Of a stretch of DNA of 32,000 nt, positions 17,627-26,619 are shown piece by piece. A model generated the notes under the pieces. It was not told the origin of the DNA. It searched no databases and saw only the letters and a program-made list of their open reading frames with translations. Each line of letters starts with the position of its first letter. Position 1 is the first letter of the stretch. This DNA is from an uncultured candidate division Zixibacteria bacterium (GTDB lineage Bacteria; Zixibacteria; MSB-5A5; UBA10806; 4484-95). The DNA lies in contig CAXXKA010000008.1 in assembly GCA_963668625.2 (NCBI GenBank), positions 1,007,747 through 1,039,746 on the forward strand, given 5' to 3'. The position numbers and the translations under genes were made by a program.

Positions 17627-17846
17627 TAGAGAGCCTCTCCAATCTCCGGAATACACCGATAAAGCAAGATTATAATTCAGGTATTTTTCAACACCATGTT
17701 ATAGAGAATGTAAGGCGCGTTCTTTCTACTATAGTATAAGTGTTAACAATAGTCGATTTATGTATGATATTATAATTCGGTATTTCCCGTACCGATTCCG
17801 CACTATTATAATTGCATAAAGGAAAACTCGGATGCGAGAAATAAAT

Positions 17847-20105
17847 TTATCTGTTCAAAACCTCGAGCGCGGCATATTTGGGCATAATCTTTTTCACCGA
17901 GGTCTTGAACTGAATCGTAAGCATCATGTTCTCGCCTCGCCCTTCTTTGTCGACTATCCTGCCGACACCGAACTTAGCGTGTGATACTGTCAGCCCGACT
18001 TTCAGCATACCATCGATACCAGACTCGTCCTCATCGTATATATCTACATCGAGATAGCTGGGTTTCTTTTTCGGCTTTTTCTGCCTCGTGGAAAAACCGC
18101 TCAATCGATTGGTGACATTCCGGGCCATACCGCCGTTTTCGTAATAGTTGATTTTCTCGACCTCTAAAAGTTCCTCGGGAATATCGCTCAAAAAACATGA
18201 GGGGGAGGTAATATTTGGGCCGTCAAAACGGCGACGGAATCCCGCCATCGAAAGATAGAGTTTGCTCATGGCGCGAGTTATCCCCACATAACACAGACGT
18301 CGCTCCTCCTCCAATTCAGAATCGGCCGAGAAAAGAGTTTGCTCTCGTAGCAATGGGAAAAGGCCTTGCTCCATACCGGTAAGAAACACGGTATCGAACT
18401 CTAGACCTTTGGCCGCGTGCAAAGTCATCAAGACAACCGCGCCCTCACTTCGGTTCATCTTATCCACCTCGCTGATCAGCGCCACCTCCTCGAGGAATCC
18501 TCTCAGTCCCGAATCGCGATCGGAGTCGGTTTCCTCCTGGGCGCGAATAGCGAAAGCGCTGACAGCATTAACCATCTCCCGCACGTTCTCCAGCCGGACA
18601 TCGGATTCCGGCGTATCCTCGGTCTCGAGCATCCTGAGATAACCGGTCTGATCGATAAGCTGACGGACTAAATCATCCGGCGGAATATCATCGACTTTAG
18701 CCGCTAATTGAGTCATCACTTTATTCATTTTGGATAGCTCGGCGCCTGCTTTGCCTTTCAAGTCGACTAAGTCGAGATTACCCAGTAATTCGAAAGCAGG
18801 GCGATCCAACGCGGTAGCGGTAGCCAGGATTTTATCGACCGACACTTTGCCAACACCGCGACGGGGAACGTTTATAATACGCAATAACGCCTCGTTATCG
18901 GACGGGTTCACTAGCAACCGCAGGTAAGCGATGATATCCTTGATCTCTTTGCGCTCGTAAAACTTGGTGCCGCCTACGATCATATATGGTATACCCGAGT
19001 CTCTCAAGGCATCCTCGATTGACCGCGATTGTGAATGAGTACGATACATTATGGCGAAATCCGAGGGGGATTTATCCTCGGCAATCGAGTATTTTATTCT
19101 TTTAGTGATAGTCTCCGACTCGTCGCGTTCATCCCCGCACATTAGCAGGGTTATCTTATCCCCGCCCTGGCGTTCGGTGAATAGCTTTTTGGATTTGCGG
19201 CCGATATTTTTGGATATCACCGCGTGCGAGGCATCCAGTATGATATTCGTAGAACGATAATTTTGCTCCAGCTTTACTACTTTACAGCCGGGATTATCGC
19301 TTTCGAAATTCAGGATATTGGATATATCCGCGCCGCGCCATCCGTAAATTGATTGATCATCATCACCGACAACACAAATATTTTTAGTCTCGCCGGCCAA
19401 TAATTTCACCAGCATATACTGGGAATGGTTGGTATCCTGGTACTCATCAACCATGAGGTATTTATAGTGTTCGTTATAAAGCTTGCGGACCTCGGGAAAC
19501 TGCTGCAGGAGTTTGACCATCTCGAACAGGAGATCATCGAAATCGAGCGCGTTATTTTTTTTCAACTGCTTCTGGTATTCGACATATATACGGGCAATGT
19601 TGTTTATGATATAATCATCCGCCGCCTCGAGGTATTCATCGGGACCGACAAGCCTGTCTTTGGCTTTCGAGATGGCATTCTGGGCGTGACTGTGAGTCGG
19701 CTGATCCTCCGGGGTACCCAATTTCTTGATGATACGTTTGATCAGAGCTTTGCTGTCGGAGGAATCATAAATGGTGAAATCGCGTTTGAAACCGAGTATT
19801 TCTGCGTGATGTCGTAGCTGACGAGCGCAGAACGAATGGAACGTGGAGAGATTCGCGAACCGGCCGCTGCCGCCCAGTAGACTGATTACACGTTCTTTCA
19901 TTTCACCGGCGGCTTTATTAGTGAAAGTAACACCCAGTATCCGATCCGGGCGTGCCAGGCCATTGGTAACAATATGGGCAATGCGATGCGTAATCACGCG
20001 GGTTTTGCCGGAGCCCGCACCGGCCAACACTAACAGAGGTCCCTCGGTGTGGGTGACGGCCTCGTGTTGCGCGGGATTTAATCCTTGAAGATGCTTATCA
20101 TTCAT
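17847..20105 (-). CDS. pcrA: ATP-dependent DNA helicase PcrA/UvrD (SF1)
   Basis: LNPAQHEAVTHTEGPLLVLAGAGSGKTRV (motifs Q and I), VDEYQDTN (motif II), QNYRST, TLHAAKGLEF, and a C-terminal FGVGRIV Tudor-like tail. Confidence 0.95.
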   Translation of the reverse strand: MNDKHLQGLNPAQHEAVTHTEGPLLVLAGAGSGKTRVITHRIAHIVTNGLARPDRILGVTFTNKAAGEMKERVISLLGGSGRFANLSTFHSFCARQLRHHAEILGFKRDFTIYDSSDSKALIKRIIKKLGTPEDQPTHSHAQNAISKAKDRLVGPDEYLEAADDYIINNIARIYVEYQKQLKKNNALDFDDLLFEMVKLLQQFPEVRKLYNEHYKYLMVDEYQDTNHSQYMLVKLLAGETKNICVVGDDDQSIYGWRGADISNILNFESDNPGCKVVKLEQNYRSTNIILDASHAVISKNIGRKSKKLFTERQGGDKITLLMCGDERDESETITKRIKYSIAEDKSPSDFAIMYRTHSQSRSIEDALRDSGIPYMIVGGTKFYERKEIKDIIAYLRLLVNPSDNEALLRIINVPRRGVGKVSVDKILATATALDRPAFELLGNLDLVDLKGKAGAELSKMNKVMTQLAAKVDDIPPDDLVRQLIDQTGYLRMLETEDTPESDVRLENVREMVNAVSAFAIRAQEETDSDRDSGLRGFLEEVALISEVDKMNRSEGAVVLMTLHAAKGLEFDTVFLTGMEQGLFPLLREQTLFSADSELEEERRLCYVGITRAMSKLYLSMAGFRRRFDGPNITSPSCFLSDIPEELLEVEKINYYENGGMARNVTNRLSGFSTRQKKPKKKPSYLDVDIYDEDESGIDGMLKVGLTVSHAKFGVGRIVDKEGRGENMMLTIQFKTSVKKIMPKYAALEVLNR

Positions 20106-20190
20106 AGCGTGCCAATATATATGAAATTTCTTTTTATGGAAATGGTTTATGAAAAAAAATAATAATATATACGATTATGAACAACCGTCT

Positions 20191-21654
20191 TTACTTTATC
20201 AGTATCATGCGACGGGTATTAGTATAATCGCGACTTGTCATCCTGTAGAAATACGAACCGGATGCAACCGGTTTACCCGATTGTGCCCGACCATTCCAAT
20301 CGAACGCGTAATGTCCCGGCAATTTATACTCATCCAATACCGTTTTTACGAGTTGTCCCCGGATATTAAATATCCGTATCAGCACCGGCCCGGCTTTCGA
20401 AACATTATAAGATATTTTTGTAGAACCATTGAACGGATTAGGATAATTTGCCTCGAGGGAGGTGGCAACAGGCAAAGAATTTCCCGTAACACCTACATCA
20501 TTTAATATATCATCCAAAGCGGTTATGAAACTCTCCATCTCGGTCATGGTACCGGTGGATACCCTGATATGATTCTGCAGTCCCCAGCCGGTTCGCACAC
20601 TCACGCCTCGTTGGTTGAGTAAATTGGCCAATTGAGCCGAATCGAATTCGGTTTCAAGTAAAAAGAAATTAGTTTGCGAGGGCACATATCTCATCTCGTT
20701 CTGATCGAAATAATCGAAACAGTAGGCTTTGGCCTCGTTATTTAGCGTAACCGTATTATCTATATGTTCCTGATCCTCGAGCGCGGCGATAGCTGCAGCT
20801 TGCGACAGCCTCGTAATCGAGGCGTATATCAGCCACGATTGCATCTGCGAGATCAACTCTTGCCTTCCGATAGCATAACCGATACGCAATCCTGCCAGAC
20901 CGTATACTTTTGAAAACGTTCTTATAACGATGACTTTCCGATCATCCTGAACTAACCGTATTGCGGTCTCATACGAGGGATCATCCACGTACTCGTGATA
21001 CGCCTCATCGATAATGGCAACGACCTGCGAGGGCAAGTTATCGACAAAATCCTCGATATCATCGGCGGAAAGTACCCTGCCGGTCGGATTGTTGGGATTA
21101 GTAATAATCACCGCCTGGGTAGAGCTATCCACTCGGGAGGCCATATCATCCAGATCGATATCGTAATTACCATCGAGATAAGAATAATGGATATCAGCGC
21201 CTATCAAATCGGCATCCGAGGGGAACTGGCTGTATGAGGGATAGGGTGAAACTATATTATTGCCGCCGGTAATAAAAGACAGAGCCGCCAGGCGCAGGAT
21301 TTCGGTGGCGCCACAACCGGCTATCACCTGGCCAGAGTTAACATCATGACTATTGGCCAGATAGTTTTTAAGCCCGCCGGCATACCAGTCGGGGTAGCGA
21401 TGGCTCATATCGATATTGTCGGAAATCGCTTGCATCGCCAGCGGAGATGGCCCCAGCGAGTTCTCGTTATAACAGAGCCTGTTAACATAATCGGTTAATA
21501 CCGGGAAATCATCCCGTCCGGTGTGATTCTCGGAAAAAATCGGCGCGGTATTAAATAGCGAAAAGGCGGCGCTTCCAGCAACCAGCCCTAAAAACTTACG
21601 CCTCGATAACTCTTCCCTGATATTACCGGTGGTGTGTTTCTTATCCATATACAC
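20191..21654 (-). CDS. HisC-like class I/II PLP aminotransferase with N-terminal twin-arginine (Tat) signal and C-terminal T9SS sorting domain
   Basis: SRRKFLGLVAGSAAFSLF fits the Tat consensus. The aminotransferase core has ITNPNNPTG, IIDEAYHEY and RTFSKVYGLAGLRIGYAIG (PLP lysine motif). The last 88 aa (20194-20457) are NYPNPFNGSTKISYNV...GSYFYRMTSRDYTNTRRMILIK. Confidence 0.85.
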   Translation of the reverse strand: MYMDKKHTTGNIREELSRRKFLGLVAGSAAFSLFNTAPIFSENHTGRDDFPVLTDYVNRLCYNENSLGPSPLAMQAISDNIDMSHRYPDWYAGGLKNYLANSHDVNSGQVIAGCGATEILRLAALSFITGGNNIVSPYPSYSQFPSDADLIGADIHYSYLDGNYDIDLDDMASRVDSSTQAVIITNPNNPTGRVLSADDIEDFVDNLPSQVVAIIDEAYHEYVDDPSYETAIRLVQDDRKVIVIRTFSKVYGLAGLRIGYAIGRQELISQMQSWLIYASITRLSQAAAIAALEDQEHIDNTVTLNNEAKAYCFDYFDQNEMRYVPSQTNFFLLETEFDSAQLANLLNQRGVSVRTGWGLQNHIRVSTGTMTEMESFITALDDILNDVGVTGNSLPVATSLEANYPNPFNGSTKISYNVSKAGPVLIRIFNIRGQLVKTVLDEYKLPGHYAFDWNGRAQSGKPVASGSYFYRMTSRDYTNTRRMILIK

Positions 21655-21774
21655 CTCCGTAAAATAAATAGATAATACTGACTATGTCCTGTTATATAAC
21701 AAGTTACCAGTCGTTAAAATATAACATTTTCGGGGAAATAGTCAAGATATATGCCGATATAGTAAAAGAAGTGC

Positions 21775-21802
21775 TTGACAATCGGGTTTTTAGAAATAAA
21801 TT
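21775..21802 (+). promoter_or_regulatory. Sigma-70-like promoter for the tRNA(CAT) gene
   Basis: TTGACA (21775-21780), a 16-nt spacer, then TAAATT (21797-21802), about 12 nt before the tRNA 5' end. Confidence 0.55.
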
Positions 21803-21813
21803 TGTGTGTCTGT

Positions 21814-21887
21814 GGCGGAGTAGCTCAGTCGGTTAGAGCAGAGGAATCATAATCCTCGTGTCCGGGGTTCAAGTCCCTGCTCCGCTA
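21814..21887 (+). tRNA. tRNA with CAT anticodon (elongator Met, or Ile2 if lysidine-modified); integration target
   Basis: Cloverleaf: GGCGGAG TA GCTC AGTCGGTTA GAGC A GAGGA ATCATAA TCCTC GTGTC CGGGG TTCAAGT CCCTG CTCCGCT A. It is 74 nt with no encoded CCA. The anticodon stem lacks the three G-C pairs of initiator tRNA. Confidence 0.93.
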
Positions 21888-21986
21888 CTTTTTATCTTGC
21901 TGAACGACAATATGTTATAGGCCTCCTTCTTCAGGTTGGATTTATCACTTTTTATCCCACGGTAACATAGCGGTAACAAAATAGCT

Positions 21987-22017
21987 AAAAAAAGACCGCC
22001 CAAATACAAGGGCGGTC
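21987..22017 (-). terminator. Rho-independent terminator downstream of int (minus strand)
   Basis: The minus strand reads GACCGCCC-ttgtattt-GGGCGGTC followed by TTTTTTT. It begins about 27 nt after the int stop codon. Confidence 0.75.
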
Positions 22018-22043
22018 AACTTAATACTATATCGGCTACTGTA

Positions 22044-23099
22044 CTAATACGGGAGTTTACTTAGCATTTCGTCTTTGTGATCAGGTGCCAAATGTGAGTA
22101 TATCATTGTCGTCTCAATCTGGGCATGTCCAAGAAGCTTTTGCAACGTGAATATTGGCACATTAACCATTGCCAAATGGCTGGCAAACGTATGCCTGAAT
22201 GTATGGCATGTAGCCCACGGCAGGCCTATCGAAGTGAGAGTCTTTGATATGAATCTGCCTACCCACCATTCTCGCCACTGCGGTTGCTCCTTGCCATGGC
22301 TATCAAATGGCCCAAACACTTTACCATCGCTTCTTCGCTTCATCGATTTCAACATGTCCCGAAGTCCCGGTGAGTACTTGAATGGTAGTATACGATTACG
22401 TTTACCCTTGGCATTGATCCCTCTTATGACAAGCTGGTTTCTTTTAAAATCGATATCGTCCCAGGTTAACGAAAGCGCTTCACCTAACCGTGTTCCAGTA
22501 CCCAGATAGAAATCAACTAACTCCGCAAAGGATGTATCCTTAAATTTATCCTTCACCCTGCTGATCTCTTCCAAGCTCAGGTATCGTGGGTACTCTGACT
22601 GCGGCACTCTAATGTACCGGATTTTATCTAACGGGTTTTTATCCAGCATCTCCCATCGGACAGCTGTATTAAATGCAACTTTCAGATGACGGAATTCGAG
22701 GTTTACGGTTGATGGCGCAATTCCATTATCTAATCTGTGTTTCCGATAGTTCTCCATCGTCAAAGGCCGTATCGAACGGATTTCCTTATTACCAACAAAT
22801 TCAAGCAAATGCTGAAGTATTCTACGTTCACGTATTACCGTACGTGGTGCCTTCACCTGATTTGAATGATCCAAATACTCATCGATAAACTGACTCAACT
22901 TTATAACCTCATCATTCGACTCAATTGGTTTTCCCTCAGCCAATAGAGAGCAAACTTGATGAAAGACTTTATCAGCGGTACGTTTATCACAATTGCCGAT
23001 TTTAAAGGTTTTCTGCACACCATTCTCCCAATAAAAGATCCGCCAACAGTGCTTACCAGATTTATACTTCCGCTTAACCAGAGAAGGCACCTCAATCAC
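22044..23099 (-). CDS. int: Tyrosine site-specific recombinase (phage-type integrase)
   Basis: Catalytic signature: GTGTRLGEAL (Arg), HTFRHTFASHL (H-x-x-R), LLGHAQIETTMIYSHL (His and Tyr). It lies next to a tRNA gene. Confidence 0.93.
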   Translation of the reverse strand: MIEVPSLVKRKYKSGKHCWRIFYWENGVQKTFKIGNCDKRTADKVFHQVCSLLAEGKPIESNDEVIKLSQFIDEYLDHSNQVKAPRTVIRERRILQHLLEFVGNKEIRSIRPLTMENYRKHRLDNGIAPSTVNLEFRHLKVAFNTAVRWEMLDKNPLDKIRYIRVPQSEYPRYLSLEEISRVKDKFKDTSFAELVDFYLGTGTRLGEALSLTWDDIDFKRNQLVIRGINAKGKRNRILPFKYSPGLRDMLKSMKRRSDGKVFGPFDSHGKEQPQWREWWVGRFISKTLTSIGLPWATCHTFRHTFASHLAMVNVPIFTLQKLLGHAQIETTMIYSHLAPDHKDEMLSKLPY

Positions 23100-23322
23100 C
23101 TCCTTTCGATCTCATAGGATAGCTTACAGTTATTTTCTCTTCGCATGATTTTACGTATTCAGTAACCTGGCCCCAGGTAAACTGAACAGAGTTACGGCTA
23201 AAGCGTGTACACGCGATCTTGCCTGATTTGACCCAGCGCAGCACTGTATTACGATGTACGCTGAGAGCCTCGGCTACCTCGTTTACCGTTTTAGTCAATT
23301 TGCCATCGGGCCAGGTGTTCAT
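23092..23322 (-). CDS. xis: Excisionase/AlpA-like HTH DNA-binding protein
   Basis: VNEVAEALSVHRNTVLRWVKSGKIACTRF fits an HTH_17-type motif. It is 76 aa and its stop overlaps the int start by 8 nt. Confidence 0.8.
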   Translation of the reverse strand: MNTWPDGKLTKTVNEVAEALSVHRNTVLRWVKSGKIACTRFSRNSVQFTWGQVTEYVKSCEEKITVSYPMRSKGGD

Positions 23323-23389
23323 TTTTCTTATACCTAAAAAATTACCTCCCGGTCATCATGGTAAATGACTGGGAGGATTTATAAAACGC

Positions 23390-23869
23390 CTATCCTTTTA
23401 AGCGATTGTCCTCATCGGAATCGTGGTTATCTTCATCGTCTGACACAATTTGATTTGCCCGAAATAGAAATTCATGGGCTTTAGCTACATGATCAGCGAG
23501 ATTTCTATACCCCGAAATGGCAATATCAAACATTCGCTTTAATTCTGCTGGCTGATTTTCCCCGCTTTGGGATAGTACAACACCAAGATGATTTATGAAT
23601 TCATGCCGAGTGTCAAAAAAGCCAGTCGCAACACTTACATAATCATAAGCATCGCTTGGAGAATCACTATTATTGGCTTTGTCCTTTAATCCGCCTAGGA
23701 ATTCTCCTATATCATAGTCGTATTTGGGGAAATCGATGAACTGCACTCCTTCAACAACTATCAGCGCATCTGCTCTCTTGATCGAATCCAGTACATGATT
23801 ATAGCAATCATTGCAGATATCTGGATTACAGAAGTAGTCGCGAACTAAAATTAAATTATCTGTATTCAT
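23390..23869 (-). CDS. Hypothetical acidic protein (159 aa), island cargo
   Basis: Long ORF in the same orientation as its neighbours, with no recognisable family. It is very D/E-rich with an acidic tail (SDDEDNHDSDEDN). Residues 31-50 resemble residues 38-57 of the 176-aa protein. Confidence 0.6.
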   Translation of the reverse strand: MNTDNLILVRDYFCNPDICNDCYNHVLDSIKRADALIVVEGVQFIDFPKYDYDIGEFLGGLKDKANNSDSPSDAYDYVSVATGFFDTRHEFINHLGVVLSQSGENQPAELKRMFDIAISGYRNLADHVAKAHEFLFRANQIVSDDEDNHDSDEDNRLKG

Positions 23870-23961
23870 TTAAAATACCTTTCCTGGTTTGTTTTCCTGC
23901 GCCAGCTAGAAAGATGGCACAGGTAGGTTAATACTAATGCTGTTAGTTTCTAGGCGACCCT

Positions 23962-24921
23962 TTACATTCCATCGTCAGCCATTATGATGATAGCGTCCAG
24001 GGTATAGCTATAAATCGCGCGGAAGCAATCAATGGCATTTCCCCATAATCTTTCAAAATATTCGTCGCTCAAACTATCATCATTAAGAAATTGATATTCT
24101 ACTATATACAGCAGTAGCATTGTCCAGATAGAGAGGTACCGGAATGATAAGAAGGTATAATCTCCTAAGGTTTTTTTTGAACGAAGTACACCGGCCCTCA
24201 AGCGAAGATGTTCCAGATCGTTCAAAACATACGTTAGGAACCCGAGAGAAAGCACCCACTTATTACCTTTAGCCTCGATAATAATATCCTGTTCAACCAT
24301 GGCTTGATACCGCTGCTTTACTTCCGGACCACCCTGTAAAAGCCCGTTGAATGCATCCAGCGGAATTGCTAAGGCAGGAGGGTCATCATCTTCAAGAAAC
24401 TTCTTTTTATCGAAGTCCTCTCCCGGTGGAATCTTTAAAATTAATTCCATTTCCTCAAGCACAACATCTTTCGTCCCTGGGGCGTTAATCCCAAACGCTA
24501 TTTCCAGCGCATTTAGAAGGTGTTTGAAAATATTATGGAAGTAAGGCAGATGGGCTTTTAATAGAAGTCGATTTGCCTCAACTGCATCTTCGGTGTCAGC
24601 CGTAGTGTTAGAAAAGTCGAATGATGTCAGATAGTTAAACCAAGAACGCAGATAGCTTAGAGATGTTTTGGCATAACAAACCCTATCTTCGTATGTAGGC
24701 TCAGCGTCATTAGAGGTATACCTATCCAGTTCATTCTCAACATACTCCCCTAATTTGGGGGCCGAGACGAATTCTTCCGAGCCAACCTCAAATATCAGGC
24801 CATTTTCAATTAATGCCTGGCGGAGGTCATTTAAATCGGCATTTTTCCAGCCGAGCTTTTCAGTAAATAGTCTCAAGGCTGCCGGAAATTCGTTTGTATT
24901 AGAGTTATTCATGTTTATCAC
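23962..24921 (-). CDS. Hypothetical protein (319 aa), island cargo
   Basis: Long ORF with no recognisable motif. It has a hydrophobic stretch near the C-terminus (FLSFRYLSIWTMLLLYIVEY). The start could be 24921 or 24912. Confidence 0.6.
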   Translation of the reverse strand: MINMNNSNTNEFPAALRLFTEKLGWKNADLNDLRQALIENGLIFEVGSEEFVSAPKLGEYVENELDRYTSNDAEPTYEDRVCYAKTSLSYLRSWFNYLTSFDFSNTTADTEDAVEANRLLLKAHLPYFHNIFKHLLNALEIAFGINAPGTKDVVLEEMELILKIPPGEDFDKKKFLEDDDPPALAIPLDAFNGLLQGGPEVKQRYQAMVEQDIIIEAKGNKWVLSLGFLTYVLNDLEHLRLRAGVLRSKKTLGDYTFLSFRYLSIWTMLLLYIVEYQFLNDDSLSDEYFERLWGNAIDCFRAIYSYTLDAIIIMADDGM

Positions 24922-24977
24922 TTTATTGTTTTGCCCGCAGCCGGATAGAACGGCGATGCGGGCGGGTTAACATTTTG

Positions 24978-25508
24978 CTAATCTTCAGACTCTGTGTCTG
25001 AATCAGCGTTGTCTACACCGGCTTTTATGCCGAGCTCTTTCAGCCGTTTCTCGACTTTTTCCAATGTTATTTTGTTTGAATCAATCATTACAGGCAGATT
25101 ATCCTGACGCTCTTTGAGTTTCCTTTTCTTCTCAGGATCAGGTTCAGTCGCTATTATTTCAGGAAGATTCTGAAGCTCAGATTCATGTTCAGCATTTAGG
25201 CGTGTCAGTCGAGTAAACTGGCCACGAAGAATGCCTGGATTGTCAGTGGTTTCTATAGTGGTACGGGATGACGGATTAGCTTTTTCGGCTTGGCGTTTAT
25301 CTTTATCGATTTTCTGGAGTTCCTTGTTTTTCTCTAGGAATTCAGGGACATCGATATAGAAAACACCACCGACATTAATTAGGGAATCACATCTTCGAGC
25401 CTGGCGAGTCAGCTTCTTAAGATCAGCGCCAATCATTTCGGCATAGGCTGAGAGAAGCATATTGTCGCCAAAAACTAATCCGATATTTAATTTGCTATCG
25501 TTTGACAT
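24978..25508 (-). CDS. Hypothetical protein (176 aa) with N-terminal excisionase-like wHTH, charged coiled region and acidic tail
   Basis: SAYAEMIGADLKKLTRQARRCDSLINVGGVFYIDVPEFLEK follows the same helix-turn-helix plus wing pattern as the two HTH_17 proteins in this window. The tail is DNADSDTESED. GGAGGAAAAG lies upstream of the ATG. Confidence 0.6.
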   Translation of the reverse strand: MSNDSKLNIGLVFGDNMLLSAYAEMIGADLKKLTRQARRCDSLINVGGVFYIDVPEFLEKNKELQKIDKDKRQAEKANPSSRTTIETTDNPGILRGQFTRLTRLNAEHESELQNLPEIIATEPDPEKKRKLKERQDNLPVMIDSNKITLEKVEKRLKELGIKAGVDNADSDTESED

Positions 25509-25866
25509 TTCTTTTCCTCCTTTCCTACCGTTGATAAAATCAACCGCAATTTTAAAAACGGATTATTTATGTTAGCGATTTTAAACGATCGATTGATGCC
25601 AGTTAGCATTGGCTCGTTTTTGGTAGTTATTAAGATTTTGCCCAATTAAACACAGCGTATTGGGTTCGCTATAATAGTAGGTTGTATGCAACCCTTATGA
25701 ATAAAAAACTGTTTAATTGGTGTGAATATATTTGCTATCTTTATTTAATTCATTGAGTTATAGGTGTCAAATGATTGAGGAATATTGCGGCGAGAAATAA
25801 AAATATCCGAAAATTACCTTAAGGTTGCGTAACCCAAGATAGCTTCAAATTTAGATATAGATTTTT

Positions 25867-26535
25867 TTATATTTCTCTAATTGTTATTTGAAATTTGGGA
25901 ATATAATATCCATGGTCCGACCACTTGTAAAATGGGTCTTCAGTGATTTCAAAGCAATTTTTAAGGACTCCTCTTATTTTTGAAATATTGGATTTAAGAG
26001 TCCCCCGCTTCATTGCATTTTGTATTTTCCTTGCTTTTTTTTCATCAGCAGTAAACATTAAAGTTGCCCACCATTTTCCTATTTTTTCCCCTTTTCCTTT
26101 ACGGAATCCTAATTTAGAGTAATGGACTTTTTTAGTTTTACTACCTGCAATAATACATACCCTTTCATAATTCGAATCAACAATAAATTTTACATTTTGC
26201 CATTTTGATACGTGCGGGAATTTAAGAAATTTTTCTTTTTGCTTTGAAGTTTTAAGTGATAATTTTTCTATATTTCTTGAAATACTTTCGATAATTTCAG
26301 ATTTATCCGAATCAGACAATCTGGTATAAGTTGGGAAGGAATCTTTATTCCATAAGTGATTTACAGAATATTCTAATTGCTGTTTAGATGGAGGATGAAT
26401 ATTTATACCGGCTATTATTCGATTTTTTATTTTTTTTAATATACCCACATTTTCTTGCGCAGCATAGCGTATTGGAACATCTGCTAAATGAAAATGTACA
26501 ACGTTTTTCTTGAAGGAAATTAAATACAAAGGCAA
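25867..26535 (-). CDS. Hypothetical basic protein (222 aa) in AT-rich cargo; 5' end uncertain
   Basis: Long ORF in visibly AT-rich DNA. Its only upstream start is TTG at 26535, and the frame stays open up to the IS3 junction at 26604. No family recognised. Confidence 0.5.
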   Translation of the reverse strand: MPLYLISFKKNVVHFHLADVPIRYAAQENVGILKKIKNRIIAGINIHPPSKQQLEYSVNHLWNKDSFPTYTRLSDSDKSEIIESISRNIEKLSLKTSKQKEKFLKFPHVSKWQNVKFIVDSNYERVCIIAGSKTKKVHYSKLGFRKGKGEKIGKWWATLMFTADEKKARKIQNAMKRGTLKSNISKIRGVLKNCFEITEDPFYKWSDHGYYIPKFQITIREI

Positions 26536-26619
26536 TAATTCATCGGATGTTTTATTTTGTATCGAAGATTTATATGCATCCTCTGTTAGCTTCCCCCCAT
26601 TGTTTGGACAGTAATTTAG

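Noticed and set aside
18409-20088. Five + strand ORFs (65-130 aa) inside the pcrA region
   Set aside because: They are antisense shadows of a full-length SF1 helicase gene, with no motifs or ribosome-binding sites.
7968-21890. The 13.9-kb segment bracketed by the two tRNA-derived direct repeats, considered as a single mobile element
   Set aside because: The segment carries single-copy housekeeping genes (alaS, pcrA, gmhA, tRNA-Asp). The integrase lies outside it, on the far side of the intact tRNA. The repeat is better explained as a relic or second att site.
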